A stretch of DNA of 64,000 nt from an uncultured Acidobacteriaceae bacterium (GTDB lineage: Bacteria > Acidobacteriota > Terriglobia > Terriglobales > Acidobacteriaceae). Positions 53,135 through 61,469 of the stretch are shown piece by piece. The notes under the pieces were generated by a model that was given only the letters and a program-made list of their open reading frames with translations, was not told where the DNA came from and did not search any database. A program made the position numbers and the translations under genes. The stretch covers positions 66,598 through 130,597 of the forward strand of contig CAVYOC010000007.1 of assembly GCA_963770055.1 (NCBI GenBank), given 5' to 3'. Each line of letters begins with the position of its first letter. Position 1 is the stretch's first letter.

Positions 53135-53201
53135 TCAATTTTTGAATCCGGTTCAATGTTCAGTGCGTCCTATAAGTAAAGGTCACAGAAAGGGTTGCTC
53201 G

Positions 53202-53411
53202 ATGAAGTTACGCCTCATCATCGCGTTGTTGCTTGTCGCAGCGCCCTCGCTGGCCTACGCCAGGCCGAAGAGCGCTGGCGCCCACATGCGCCCGCAGCTC
53301 TTCCGCGACCGGGCACCCAGGGCACGCCTGAATCTGCCTCATCCCCACGAAATACGCATGAAGCCGCCAAAATCCCCGCCGCCACCGGCTTCGCCGCCAG
53401 ATTTCGAGTAA
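53202..53411 (+). CDS. Small secreted basic Pro-rich protein
   Basis: Signal peptide MKLRLIIALLLVAAPSLAYA; own promoter candidate and terminator. Confidence 0.6.
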   Translation: MKLRLIIALLLVAAPSLAYARPKSAGAHMRPQLFRDRAPRARLNLPHPHEIRMKPPKSPPPPASPPDFE

Positions 53412-53439
53412 AAAGACCCCTCTACAAGAGGGGTTTTCG
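53411..53439. terminator. Bidirectional rho-independent terminator
   Basis: AAAAGACCCCTCT-ACA-AGAGGGGTTTT. Confidence 0.75.
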
Positions 53440-53460
53440 TTTGGTCCTCTTCCCAATGAC

Positions 53461-54141
53461 CTAGTCGGCCGGGTCGGAACTCCGAACCGTGCGCACAAAT
53501 GCCGCAAGCCTCTCCGGATCCTTCTTCCCCGGCACAGACTCAACCCCGCTCGCCACATCCACACCCCACGGCTCCAACCGGGCAATTGCCTCCGCCACGT
53601 TCTCCTGCCGCAGCCCACCCGCCACAATCAGCTTCAAATCGCAGGCAGCTTCGCGGAGAACCGTACGCGCAGCATCCCAGTCAAACGAAACCCCGGTTCC
53701 ACCGCTCGCAGCCCCAACCTTCGAATCAAGAAGCACCCGATCGACCACTCCGGCAGTCACAAGCTCTCGCAGCTGCTGCGCCACCAAAGTCGCACCCGCT
53801 CCATCTGATTCCACTGGCCAGTGCACCGTCTGAATCAGTTTCATGCGCCCATCAAAAATGTGGCGGAGCTGTCGCAGCAAAGCCAGATCGACGCCGCCAT
53901 GCAACTGCACCGCATTCAATCCCGCCCCGTCCGCAGCTTCCGCAATCTCATGGGCCGTCAGAGCAGGGAAGACCCCGACTCGCTCCACGTTCCCAGGCAG
54001 ATGCGGGGTAATCTCCGCAACCTGCGCGACACTCACACGTCGCGCGCTGGGCGCAAAGACAAAACCCACAGCGTCCGCACCCAGCTCGGCGGCCATCTGG
54101 GCATCTTCGAGGTTCGTGTTCGCGCAGATCTTAATCCACAT
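53461..54141 (-). CDS. trpF: Phosphoribosylanthranilate isomerase
   Basis: WIKICAN, GFVFAPSARRV, VQLHG, GGTGVSFDW, VAGGL, GVDVASGVE. Confidence 0.95.
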   Translation of the reverse strand: MWIKICANTNLEDAQMAAELGADAVGFVFAPSARRVSVAQVAEITPHLPGNVERVGVFPALTAHEIAEAADGAGLNAVQLHGGVDLALLRQLRHIFDGRMKLIQTVHWPVESDGAGATLVAQQLRELVTAGVVDRVLLDSKVGAASGGTGVSFDWDAARTVLREAACDLKLIVAGGLRQENVAEAIARLEPWGVDVASGVESVPGKKDPERLAAFVRTVRSSDPAD

Positions 54142-54163
54142 AGGAGAAGCCAGTCAGAGACGA

Positions 54164-54967
54164 TTAGATGTCCGGCGAATACTCGCGATTCAGCAGCAGA
54201 GCCAGCGCCGCACCAGGATCGGCCTCGCGCATCAGAGCCTCACCTACAAGGAAAGCGCTGTAACCAACCTCTCGCAGCCGCGCGATATCCGCGCCGGTGC
54301 GAATGCCGCTCTCCGCAACCATCACCGCATCTTTGGGCATCGACTCGGCAAGCTCCGCAAACAACTCCGTGCGAACCGAAAACGTCCGCAGATCGCGGCT
54401 GTTCACGCCGATCAGCTCGAAGCCCAACCCAACAGCGCGCGTCATCTCCGCCCGGTCGTGCGTCTCGCACAGAACATCCAGACCCAGTCTGCGGGCTTCA
54501 TCTCCCAGCTCTCGCAAAGCCGTATCTGTGAGTGCTGCGACAATCAGCAGAATCGCGTCCGCCCCGGCAGCGCGCGCCTCGAGAATCTGAAATCGATCAA
54601 CGATGAAATCCTTGCGAAGACACGGAATCTTGACGACGCCGGAGACCTCGTGGAGAAACGCGAGCGAACCCTGAAAGAATTTTTCGTCTGTGAGAATCGA
54701 AAGAGCGCTGGCCCCCGCAGACTCGAACCCGCGAGCCAGCTCAGCAGGAAAAAATTCGCTCCGGATCAGACCTTTTGAGGGCGAGGCCTTCTTGATCTCA
54801 GCAATAATCGCGGGCCCACCGAAAGCAGCCGCACGCAACGCAGCGGTAAACCCACGCGGTGTATGCGCAGCCGCCTGCTGCTCCAGCACTCCATAATCAG
54901 CGTTTGTTTTGCGAGCCTCTAGATGGAGTCGAGTGTGGGCAAGGATCTGGTCGAGCTGGGTAGGCAT
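54164..54967 (-). CDS. trpC: Indole-3-glycerol phosphate synthase
   Basis: IIAEIKKASPSKG, SILTDEKFFQGS, LRKDF, GVNSRDL, VAESGI, FLVGE. Confidence 0.96.
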   Translation of the reverse strand: MPTQLDQILAHTRLHLEARKTNADYGVLEQQAAAHTPRGFTAALRAAAFGGPAIIAEIKKASPSKGLIRSEFFPAELARGFESAGASALSILTDEKFFQGSLAFLHEVSGVVKIPCLRKDFIVDRFQILEARAAGADAILLIVAALTDTALRELGDEARRLGLDVLCETHDRAEMTRAVGLGFELIGVNSRDLRTFSVRTELFAELAESMPKDAVMVAESGIRTGADIARLREVGYSAFLVGEALMREADPGAALALLLNREYSPDI

Positions 54968-55092
54968 AGTCCCTTGTAACTTCGCCGAGAGGTTACGCGA
55001 CTTCACTTCAACAAGCCTGAGCGCAATCTCGACTCACGCTCAATCCTGCGGCGATCGCTCGCCATCGCCCCCTTGGCTGGGGCCGAAAAATT

Positions 55093-55179
55093 TGGTGCCG
55101 AAGGGGGGACTCGAACCCCCACACCCTTGCGAGTACATGGACCTGAACCATGCGCGTCTGCCAATTCCGCCACTACGGC
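55093..55179 (-). tRNA. tRNA-Leu (CAG)
   Basis: 87 nt with long variable arm; anticodon stem-loop CATGG-TTCAGGT-CCATG; CCA end. Confidence 0.96.
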
Positions 55180-55418
55180 ACGGTGTTCTTCGCTCCAACC
55201 CATGACAGGCCGAGCACGCTAACCGCGACTCTTTAAGTCTTACAAACCATGCGACGGCTGTCAATGCGAGCACGCTGTCTGTCTGCCCTTCGCGTCGTCG
55301 CAAATCTAGCTGCTGCCGCCCCAAAACAAAAAAACGTGCACCTGCTCATGTGCGCCAATCAGGCAGACTTCTTCGAAAAAAGTGCGTCTAGTGTGAAAGA
55401 GAGATTACATTGCTACCC

Positions 55419-55691
55419 ATGACAGAAAAGCCCGAAAAGAACAAAGACTTCGCCCAGGCCCCGTCCACTCCAGAAAAAATACCTGAAGATCTCTCCGTCG
55501 ACATGCGAAGGATCGCCCACGACCTGAGCAACGCACTCGAGATCATCATTCAGACCAGCTATCTGCTCAGTACGGTGGAACTGAAAGAGCCCGCCTCCGA
55601 CTGGCTACGTATGCTCGACAACGGCGTACAAAAAGCAATCAGCTACAACCTCGAACTCCGCAACTACATCAAGGACCACACCGCCAGCTGA
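55419..55691 (+). CDS. Stand-alone HisKA-like (H-box) small protein
   Basis: RRIAHDLSNALEII resembles the HisKA H-box; two helices, no ATPase domain. Confidence 0.65.
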   Translation: MTEKPEKNKDFAQAPSTPEKIPEDLSVDMRRIAHDLSNALEIIIQTSYLLSTVELKEPASDWLRMLDNGVQKAISYNLELRNYIKDHTAS

Positions 55692-55735
55692 GATCTCACC
55701 AGAGCGCACTCCCTCAAAACAAGCACAATAGGATC

Positions 55736-55773
55736 GGGTGCCCCATCCTTCGCGCCTTTGCGAAGGGTGGGAT
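55736..55773. repeat. Acidobacterial REP-like palindromic element
   Basis: GGGTGCCCCATCCTTCGC-GCCTTT-GCGAAGGGTGGGAT hairpin between convergent genes. Confidence 0.7.
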
Positions 55774-55842
55774 GTAAAAATTCAACCTGTGTGCTTTCTT
55801 GTTCCGACGGAAGATCAGCCCGATCAGAACAAAACAAAAGCG

Positions 55843-56448
55843 TCAGCGAACTCTTCGCCGACCAGACGACTTCGCCGCGTTCTTGGCGGGCGATTTCTTC
55901 TTCGAGACGATCTTCTTCTTGGACTTGGCGGCCTGCTTCTTCGCAATAACCTTCTTCACACTCTTCTTCGCGAGCGCCGTCTTCGCCAAAACCTTCTTCG
56001 CCGCCTTCCGTACAACTGTCTTTTTTTCGGAAACAGGCTCCAGAGCCAACTGTCCCACCGCAATCCCCATCGCCATCAGCTTGCGCTCATGCGAAGCAAT
56101 AAGATCTTCAATCTGCTGCAACAGAATCCGCGTGTGCATCGGCTTCACAAGCAGCCGGTCTGCGCCCATCTCCTGCCAGTCCTCTTCCGCCACTGGAAAT
56201 GCAGTCAGCAGCGCCACTGCGGGATGATAGGCCGCCGCCCGCGCTGCCCGAATCACCTCGACACCAGCAACGTCGTGCTCCATGCGCATGTCCGTAATCA
56301 ACATCTGATACTCGCGCGTGTGCAGCTTCGACACCCCTTCGCGAGCGGAGGCCGCCGTGTCCACATCAAACCCGCTGATCTCCAGCACAGCCTTCAACGT
56401 CAGCAAAACAGCGACTTCATCATCCACCAGCAAAATACGGCGTCTCAT
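55843..56448 (-). CDS. Response regulator receiver with histone-H1-like Lys/Ala-rich tail
   Basis: ILLVDDE, LITDMRM (phospho-Asp), LLTAF, LVKP; tail of KKVLAK/KKSVKK/KKQAAK repeats. Confidence 0.88.
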   Translation of the reverse strand: MRRRILLVDDEVAVLLTLKAVLEISGFDVDTAASAREGVSKLHTREYQMLITDMRMEHDVAGVEVIRAARAAAYHPAVALLTAFPVAEEDWQEMGADRLLVKPMHTRILLQQIEDLIASHERKLMAMGIAVGQLALEPVSEKKTVVRKAAKKVLAKTALAKKSVKKVIAKKQAAKSKKKIVSKKKSPAKNAAKSSGRRRVR

Positions 56449-56748
56449 TCAGGGTCCCTCTGGATTACGGCTTCCGAGCAACCATACATGATCTCGTCCA
56501 TGATGCAAAAGGAAGATGAATCGTCTTCCCATAGTCAGGTAGACAGAACATCTTTGAGGAGGGGGCTCGAATCCTTCTGCCTCAACGGCACACTCTCGAT
56601 TCTTTGTTCGAAAGAGCAGGCTATTGAACCGAAAGCAGATCTTCGCGTGGTGTTATACTTGAGGTTAACGTGCAACCTCTCCCGGGTTTTGCATCTAAAT
56701 CCCTGAACAACGCATAGCGGGCACCATCCCCCGCTGTGGAGGCGACTT

Positions 56749-57369
56749 ATTCCACCAATTGATAAACGCTCCGCGAAGTCCTTTATCCGTACCAACGAAC
56801 GAATTCGCGCCCGCGAAATCCGCGTCATCGACGAAAACGGCGAACAACTTGGCGTCATGGCTCCCTTCGAAGCCCTCAAGATGGCCCGCGAACGTTCCCT
56901 TGACCTCGTAGAAATCTCCCCCAATGCCGTTCCCCCCGTCTGCAAGATTCAGGACTACGGCAAGTACCTCTACGAAAAAGACAAGAGCGAGCGTGCAGCC
57001 CGCAAGAAGCAAAAAGTCATCACCATCAAAGAGGTCAAGTTTTCCGTCACAGTCGACGAGCACGACTACCAGACCAAGAAGAATCAGGCTGTCCGCTTCC
57101 TCGGCGATGGCGACAAGGTCAAGGCATCGCTCCGCTTCAAGGGCCGTCAGATGGCCCATCGCGACCTCGGCTACAAGATCATCAACCGGCTCATCCTCGA
57201 TATCGGCGATGCCGGACTGGTCGAATTCATGCCCCGCATGGAAGGTACAACCCTCCACGCCATCCTGGCCCCTTCGAAGAAATCCGAGTCCGTCGCGAAG
57301 AAGGCTGACCCCGGTTCCGCTCCGGCGGGAAGTAAGCCCGTACAACCACCCGCTGCTGCGGCCGTCTAA
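56749..57369 (+). CDS. infC: Translation initiation factor IF-3 (ATT start)
   Basis: RTNERIRAREIRVIDENGEQLG, LDLVEISP, CKIQDYGKY, KEVKF, HDY.TK, FKGRQ; GGAGG 6 nt before an in-frame ATT at 56749. Confidence 0.95.
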   Translation: MPPIDKRSAKSFIRTNERIRAREIRVIDENGEQLGVMAPFEALKMARERSLDLVEISPNAVPPVCKIQDYGKYLYEKDKSERAARKKQKVITIKEVKFSVTVDEHDYQTKKNQAVRFLGDGDKVKASLRFKGRQMAHRDLGYKIINRLILDIGDAGLVEFMPRMEGTTLHAILAPSKKSESVAKKADPGSAPAGSKPVQPPAAAAV

Positions 57370-57542
57370 GCGATACGCGAAAGCCAGCCAAGAGCCGCGA
57401 AATTGCACGTATCACCGGCTAAGGCACCGTGAATTTCTCCTCATTTCGGGGTCAAATCATGGTCTGAATTTCGTGTGCATCGCCTTTCACAAACCGGTTA
57501 ATTCCCACGCCAGTAATATTCTGGTAACGAAATATTGATTTA

Positions 57543-57574
57543 CAGGCACTTAGGTGAGTCAATCTAAGTGCCTG
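57543..57574. repeat. Perfect 11-bp inverted repeat upstream of the peptide locus
   Basis: CAGGCACTTAG-N10-CTAAGTGCCTG. Confidence 0.6.
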
Positions 57575-57928
57575 AGACCTGGCTTTGGCCCTCGAACGGG
57601 TCGTGGATCATCCCGCTAACTTCCTATCTATAGTCGTTTACCGTTCCTAAAACCCATCTCTCGGCGCTGCGCGAGGCGACAACTCGTGCTTTGTGGCTCT
57701 CCAGGATCGCCTCGTGGAAACTGAGACTAATCCCTTATTTTTCAGGGTTTGAGGCTGCAGGCTTTTGCATAAAACGGACGGAATGGGTACTTTAGTAACC
57801 AAAGCTGTTGCATACTTCAGTATATAACTGATTCCATTAGACTTATTCCATTATGTATCTTATTGTTACCTCATCTGGTTGTCCAGAGAAATCTTTTTTA
57901 TCAAATACAACTTTCGGGGTATCTCTCT

Positions 57929-58108
57929 ATGAAACACATCATCCGTGCCTTCGTCGTTGCCCTGGTTCTCACCGGTGCAGTCGCCTCCACCCAATCCTCC
58001 TCTGCCTCGACCAAAAAGCAGGTCACCGTCGCCAAGGTCAGCATGCTGCCGATTCCCACCTGCCCGCCGAACGATCCCAATGCATGCGGTATGGGTTTAG
58101 GCCGTTAG
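57929..58108 (+). CDS. Secreted precursor peptide A (59 aa) with Cys-x7-Cys core
   Basis: MKHIIRAFVVALVLTGAVA|STQSSSASTKKQVTVAKV-SMLPIPTCPPNDPNACGMGLGR; conserved paralog with synonymous-only changes in the core. Confidence 0.88.
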   Translation: MKHIIRAFVVALVLTGAVASTQSSSASTKKQVTVAKVSMLPIPTCPPNDPNACGMGLGR

Positions 58109-58188
58109 ACCTGCCCTCTTTCTGCAAAATAAAGATTTATTTATCAATAACTTGACCAAAGTTGAGCAACACAAAGGGGCCTAATACC

Positions 58189-58365
58189 ATGAAGCACATC
58201 GTCCGCATTTTTGTCGCTACCCTCGTCCTCACCGGCGCAGTTGCAACCACCCAAACCTCCTCCTCCGCCCAGAACAAGGTAGTTGCGGCACGTACCAGCA
58301 TGCTCCCGATTCCCACCTGCCCGCCGAACGATCCCAATGCATGCGGTATGGGTTTAGGCCGCTAG
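58189..58365 (+). CDS. Secreted precursor peptide B (58 aa), same core as A
   Basis: MKHIVRIFVATLVLTGAVA|TTQTSSSAQNKVVAART-SMLPIPTCPPNDPNACGMGLGR; AGGGG RBS. Confidence 0.88.
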   Translation: MKHIVRIFVATLVLTGAVATTQTSSSAQNKVVAARTSMLPIPTCPPNDPNACGMGLGR

Positions 58366-58482
58366 TACCTGGGCTTGGACCCTAAACCAAGGTTATGTAC
58401 CTTTTGCATAATCCACGAATAAGTTATTGAATCCGTACCTGGAATAGGCTAGGCTGGGGTTGCCTTACAGGTACGGTCAATT

Positions 58483-59391
58483 ATGAGCGTTTCTCTTTTC
58501 AATCTGCTTTCGCAGCTCGTGTATCTCGAGCCCGTCCTTTGCGCCATCTTGATTTATCTCTTGCTGCGCAACAAGGCGGTCGATCAGTTTCGGTTCTTGT
58601 TCGCTCTCTTATGCGTAAGACTGGGCTGCTCGGTTGTCTGCATTCCGCTGCTGACTTTCAGCGGACATCTTATTGAACGCCATCTTGCGTATCAGATCTA
58701 CTTCTATGTTTACTGGCTAAGCTACGCCCTGGAGGCAATCCTGTCGTTGCTGGTCATCTACAGCATCTTCAAGTTGGCTATGGCTCCGTTGAAGGGTCTG
58801 CAGACTTTGGGAATGCTGGTCTTTCGTTGGGTGGGTGCCATCTCGGTTGCAGTTGCCATTGGCGTCGCGGTATCTCCGCACCAGTCCGGGACCGCGTTCA
58901 TGACGGCGATGATTACACAGCTTCAACAAACCTCCAGCATTCTTACTCTTTGCCTGTTGCTGTTTGTGTGCTTTGCCATTCGCCCCATGGGACTCTCGTA
59001 TAAGAGCCGCATCTTCGGCGTTAGCCTTGGCCTCGGGTTTATGTCAACGGTCAGCCTGGTTGACACAGCCTGGTTTGCACACAGCCCCAACATGTACTCC
59101 ACCATCAGCCTTATCAACGGACTGGCTGTTGGACTGGTCCTCCTTATGTGGTCTGCATACTTCGCCATCCCGGAGCCGAAGCGCCGCATCATCGTCCTTC
59201 CGACCACGTCACCCTTCCTTCGTTGGAATCAGATATCGATGGCCCTCGGCGACGACCCCGGGTACGTAGCTGTAGGCGGCATCCCACCGGAGCTCTTTGC
59301 CCCGGCCGAGTTGGAGGTCATGAGGCGAGCCTCAGCGAAGATGACACCGGTTCTCGAAAGCTCGACAACAGTGCACTCATTGTCCGCATAG
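58483..59391 (+). CDS. Orphan 7-TM membrane protein with ~70-aa cytoplasmic tail
   Basis: Seven hydrophobic segments read by eye; basic residues in loops 1, 3, 5 and after TM7; no kinase, cyclase or protease motif recognised. Confidence 0.85.
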   Translation: MSVSLFNLLSQLVYLEPVLCAILIYLLLRNKAVDQFRFLFALLCVRLGCSVVCIPLLTFSGHLIERHLAYQIYFYVYWLSYALEAILSLLVIYSIFKLAMAPLKGLQTLGMLVFRWVGAISVAVAIGVAVSPHQSGTAFMTAMITQLQQTSSILTLCLLLFVCFAIRPMGLSYKSRIFGVSLGLGFMSTVSLVDTAWFAHSPNMYSTISLINGLAVGLVLLMWSAYFAIPEPKRRIIVLPTTSPFLRWNQISMALGDDPGYVAVGGIPPELFAPAELEVMRRASAKMTPVLESSTTVHSLSA

Positions 59392-59432
59392 AGAACATAA
59401 ACCACCGCTTTACTGGAACCATGAAACCCAGC

Positions 59433-59469
59433 AAAACAAGGCCGCCCACTCAAGGGCGGCCTTTGTTTT
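59433..59469. terminator. Bidirectional terminator between the 7-TM gene and rpsA
   Basis: AAAACAAGGCCGCCC-ACTCAA-GGGCGGCCTTTGTTTT. Confidence 0.85.
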
Positions 59470-59483
59470 GCCTTTATGACGAG

Positions 59484-61469
59484 CTAGTCTCGTTCTGACT
59501 CAGACCGCTTCCAGTTGATCAGGTCGCCCAGCGTCGTGCTGCTGCTGTTGCTCGAAGAAGACGGGCCCGAGTTGCTGCCCTTGGGCGACTTCTCCCGCTC
59601 CTTGTAGCTCTCGACCTCCGCCCGGCTGGCCTCTTCGCCAACGGCACGGATACTCAAGCCGACCTTCTTCTCGTCCTGGTTCATCTTGACGATCTTGAAC
59701 TCGTGCTCGGAGTCCACATCCAGCGTCACTGGCTTCCCGTCCGGACCAACAGCCTCCGAGACATGGCACAGACCCTCAACCCCTTCGGCGATCTCCACGA
59801 ACGCGCCAAACTGCGCCGTGCGAAGCACTTTGCCCTTGATGACGTCTCCAATGCGGTGCTGTGCGAAGAACGTATCCCAGACGTCCGGCTGAAGTTGCTT
59901 GACGCCCAGCGACAGACGGCGGTTCTCGGGTTCGACACCCAGAACGATCGCCCGAACTTTCTCGCCCTTCTTCAGGACCTCAGACGGATGCTTGATCCGC
60001 TTGGTCCAGCTCAGGTTAGAGACATGCACCAGGCCATCAATACCATCTTCAATCTCGATAAACGCGCCGAAGTCCGTCAGGTTGCGTACACGACCTTCGA
60101 TAATGGCCCCAATCGGGTACTTTTCCTCGAGTTGCTCCCAGGGATTTTCCTGGAGCTGCTTCATGCCGAGGGAGATACGACGGTCGTTCGGATTCACACT
60201 CAGGATGATTGTGTCCACCTCATCGCCGGGCTTGACCATCTTCGAGGGGTGTTTCATCCGCTTGGACCAGGTCATCTCGGAGACGTGAACGAGGCCTTCG
60301 ATGCCCTGCTCCAGCTCAATAAACGCACCGTAGTCGGTCACGGATAGAACACGGCCGCGGACGTGAGCTCCAATGGGATAGCGCTCCGTCGCGTCCAGCC
60401 ATGGATCAGGAGTCAGTTGCTTGAAGCCGAGGGAGACGCGCTGCTTGTCCTTGTCGAACTTCAAAACCTTGACCTGGATTTCATCGCCAACATTGACGAG
60501 GTCACGCGGATGCGTCAGACGGCCCCAGCTCATATCGGTGATGTGGAGCAGGCCATCGAGGCCGCCCAGATCGACGAAAGCACCGTAGTCCGTGAGATTC
60601 TTCACCGTACCGGTCAGGATGCTGCCCTCTTCCAAAGTAGCAAGGGTGACCGATTTCTTCGCGTTCTGCTCTTCTTCAAGAAGCTCCTTACGGCTGATTA
60701 CCACATTGCCGCGCTTCTTGTTGAGCTTGATCACGCGAACTTCGATCTCGGTGCCGATATAGCCGTCGAGATTCCGAACCGGGCGAACCTCAACCTGCGA
60801 ACCGGGCAGAAACGCTTTGATCCCAATATCGACAGTCAGACCGCCTTTGACGCGTCCGAGAACCATCCCTTTGACGGGGGTCTTTTCGTTCGCCGCCTGC
60901 TCCAGCTTGTCCCAAACCTTGTGCCGGAGAGCTTTTTCATAGCTGGCAAGATAGCCACCTTCAGGCTCTTCGCGCTCGACAACAACCTCAATCGCATCGC
61001 CAGCCTGGAACTTGGACACACCATTGATATCCAGAACCTGTTCCAGCGGCACGAGGCCTTCCGACTTGAGCCCAATGTCGACAACAACATGCTTGTCAGT
61101 GATCTTGACGACAGTCCCCGCAACAATGACCTCTTCGACGGTCAGGTTTTGGGCCGCGGCAGATTCGGCAGCCTGCTCGCGATCAAAGCTAGCCAGTGCT
61201 GCAGCAAAATCGGCTGCGTCATAATTCAAATCATCGTCCGATTCGTCGGAGCCAGCGGTCACCGTTGCGACAGTGCCATGATCTGCGGCAGCGTGGGCTG
61301 CAGCGGACGCAACATGCTTTGTAGCAACGTTCGACGCTTCGTGCGGTTGGGTTGAGGTGGATTCAGATGACAGGCCGTTATGCTCGGCTGTCGCTTCGGG
61401 CGCCAGGACTTCCGTTTCGGTGGTCAGGGGTTTGCTCTCGTTATTGTTGGGATTATGGTCTTCTACCAT
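59484..61469 (-). CDS. rpsA: 30S ribosomal protein S1
   Basis: Six S1 repeats (VDIGLKSEG, FLPGSQV, TDYGAFVDLGGLDGLLH, EGLVHVSEMTW and others). Confidence 0.97.
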   Translation of the reverse strand: MVEDHNPNNNESKPLTTETEVLAPEATAEHNGLSSESTSTQPHEASNVATKHVASAAAHAAADHGTVATVTAGSDESDDDLNYDAADFAAALASFDREQAAESAAAQNLTVEEVIVAGTVVKITDKHVVVDIGLKSEGLVPLEQVLDINGVSKFQAGDAIEVVVEREEPEGGYLASYEKALRHKVWDKLEQAANEKTPVKGMVLGRVKGGLTVDIGIKAFLPGSQVEVRPVRNLDGYIGTEIEVRVIKLNKKRGNVVISRKELLEEEQNAKKSVTLATLEEGSILTGTVKNLTDYGAFVDLGGLDGLLHITDMSWGRLTHPRDLVNVGDEIQVKVLKFDKDKQRVSLGFKQLTPDPWLDATERYPIGAHVRGRVLSVTDYGAFIELEQGIEGLVHVSEMTWSKRMKHPSKMVKPGDEVDTIILSVNPNDRRISLGMKQLQENPWEQLEEKYPIGAIIEGRVRNLTDFGAFIEIEDGIDGLVHVSNLSWTKRIKHPSEVLKKGEKVRAIVLGVEPENRRLSLGVKQLQPDVWDTFFAQHRIGDVIKGKVLRTAQFGAFVEIAEGVEGLCHVSEAVGPDGKPVTLDVDSEHEFKIVKMNQDEKKVGLSIRAVGEEASRAEVESYKEREKSPKGSNSGPSSSSNSSSTTLGDLINWKRSESERD

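Noticed and set aside
58039-58365. 70-bp direct repeat as a CRISPR array, DGR template/variable repeat or att sites
   Set aside because: Only two copies, both in frame at ORF ends. Differences are synonymous and not adenine-specific. No cas, reverse transcriptase or integrase in the window.
57929-58365. Peptides as lanthipeptide, lasso or other RiPP precursors, or C-terminal Gly-Arg as an amidation signal
   Set aside because: No modifying enzyme or dedicated exporter nearby, and the leaders are Sec signals. The amidation idea is only an analogy with animal neuropeptides.
58483-59391. 7-TM protein as a microbial rhodopsin or true GPCR homolog
   Set aside because: No Lys in helix 7 (no DxxxK) and no GPCR motifs; only the predicted topology is similar.
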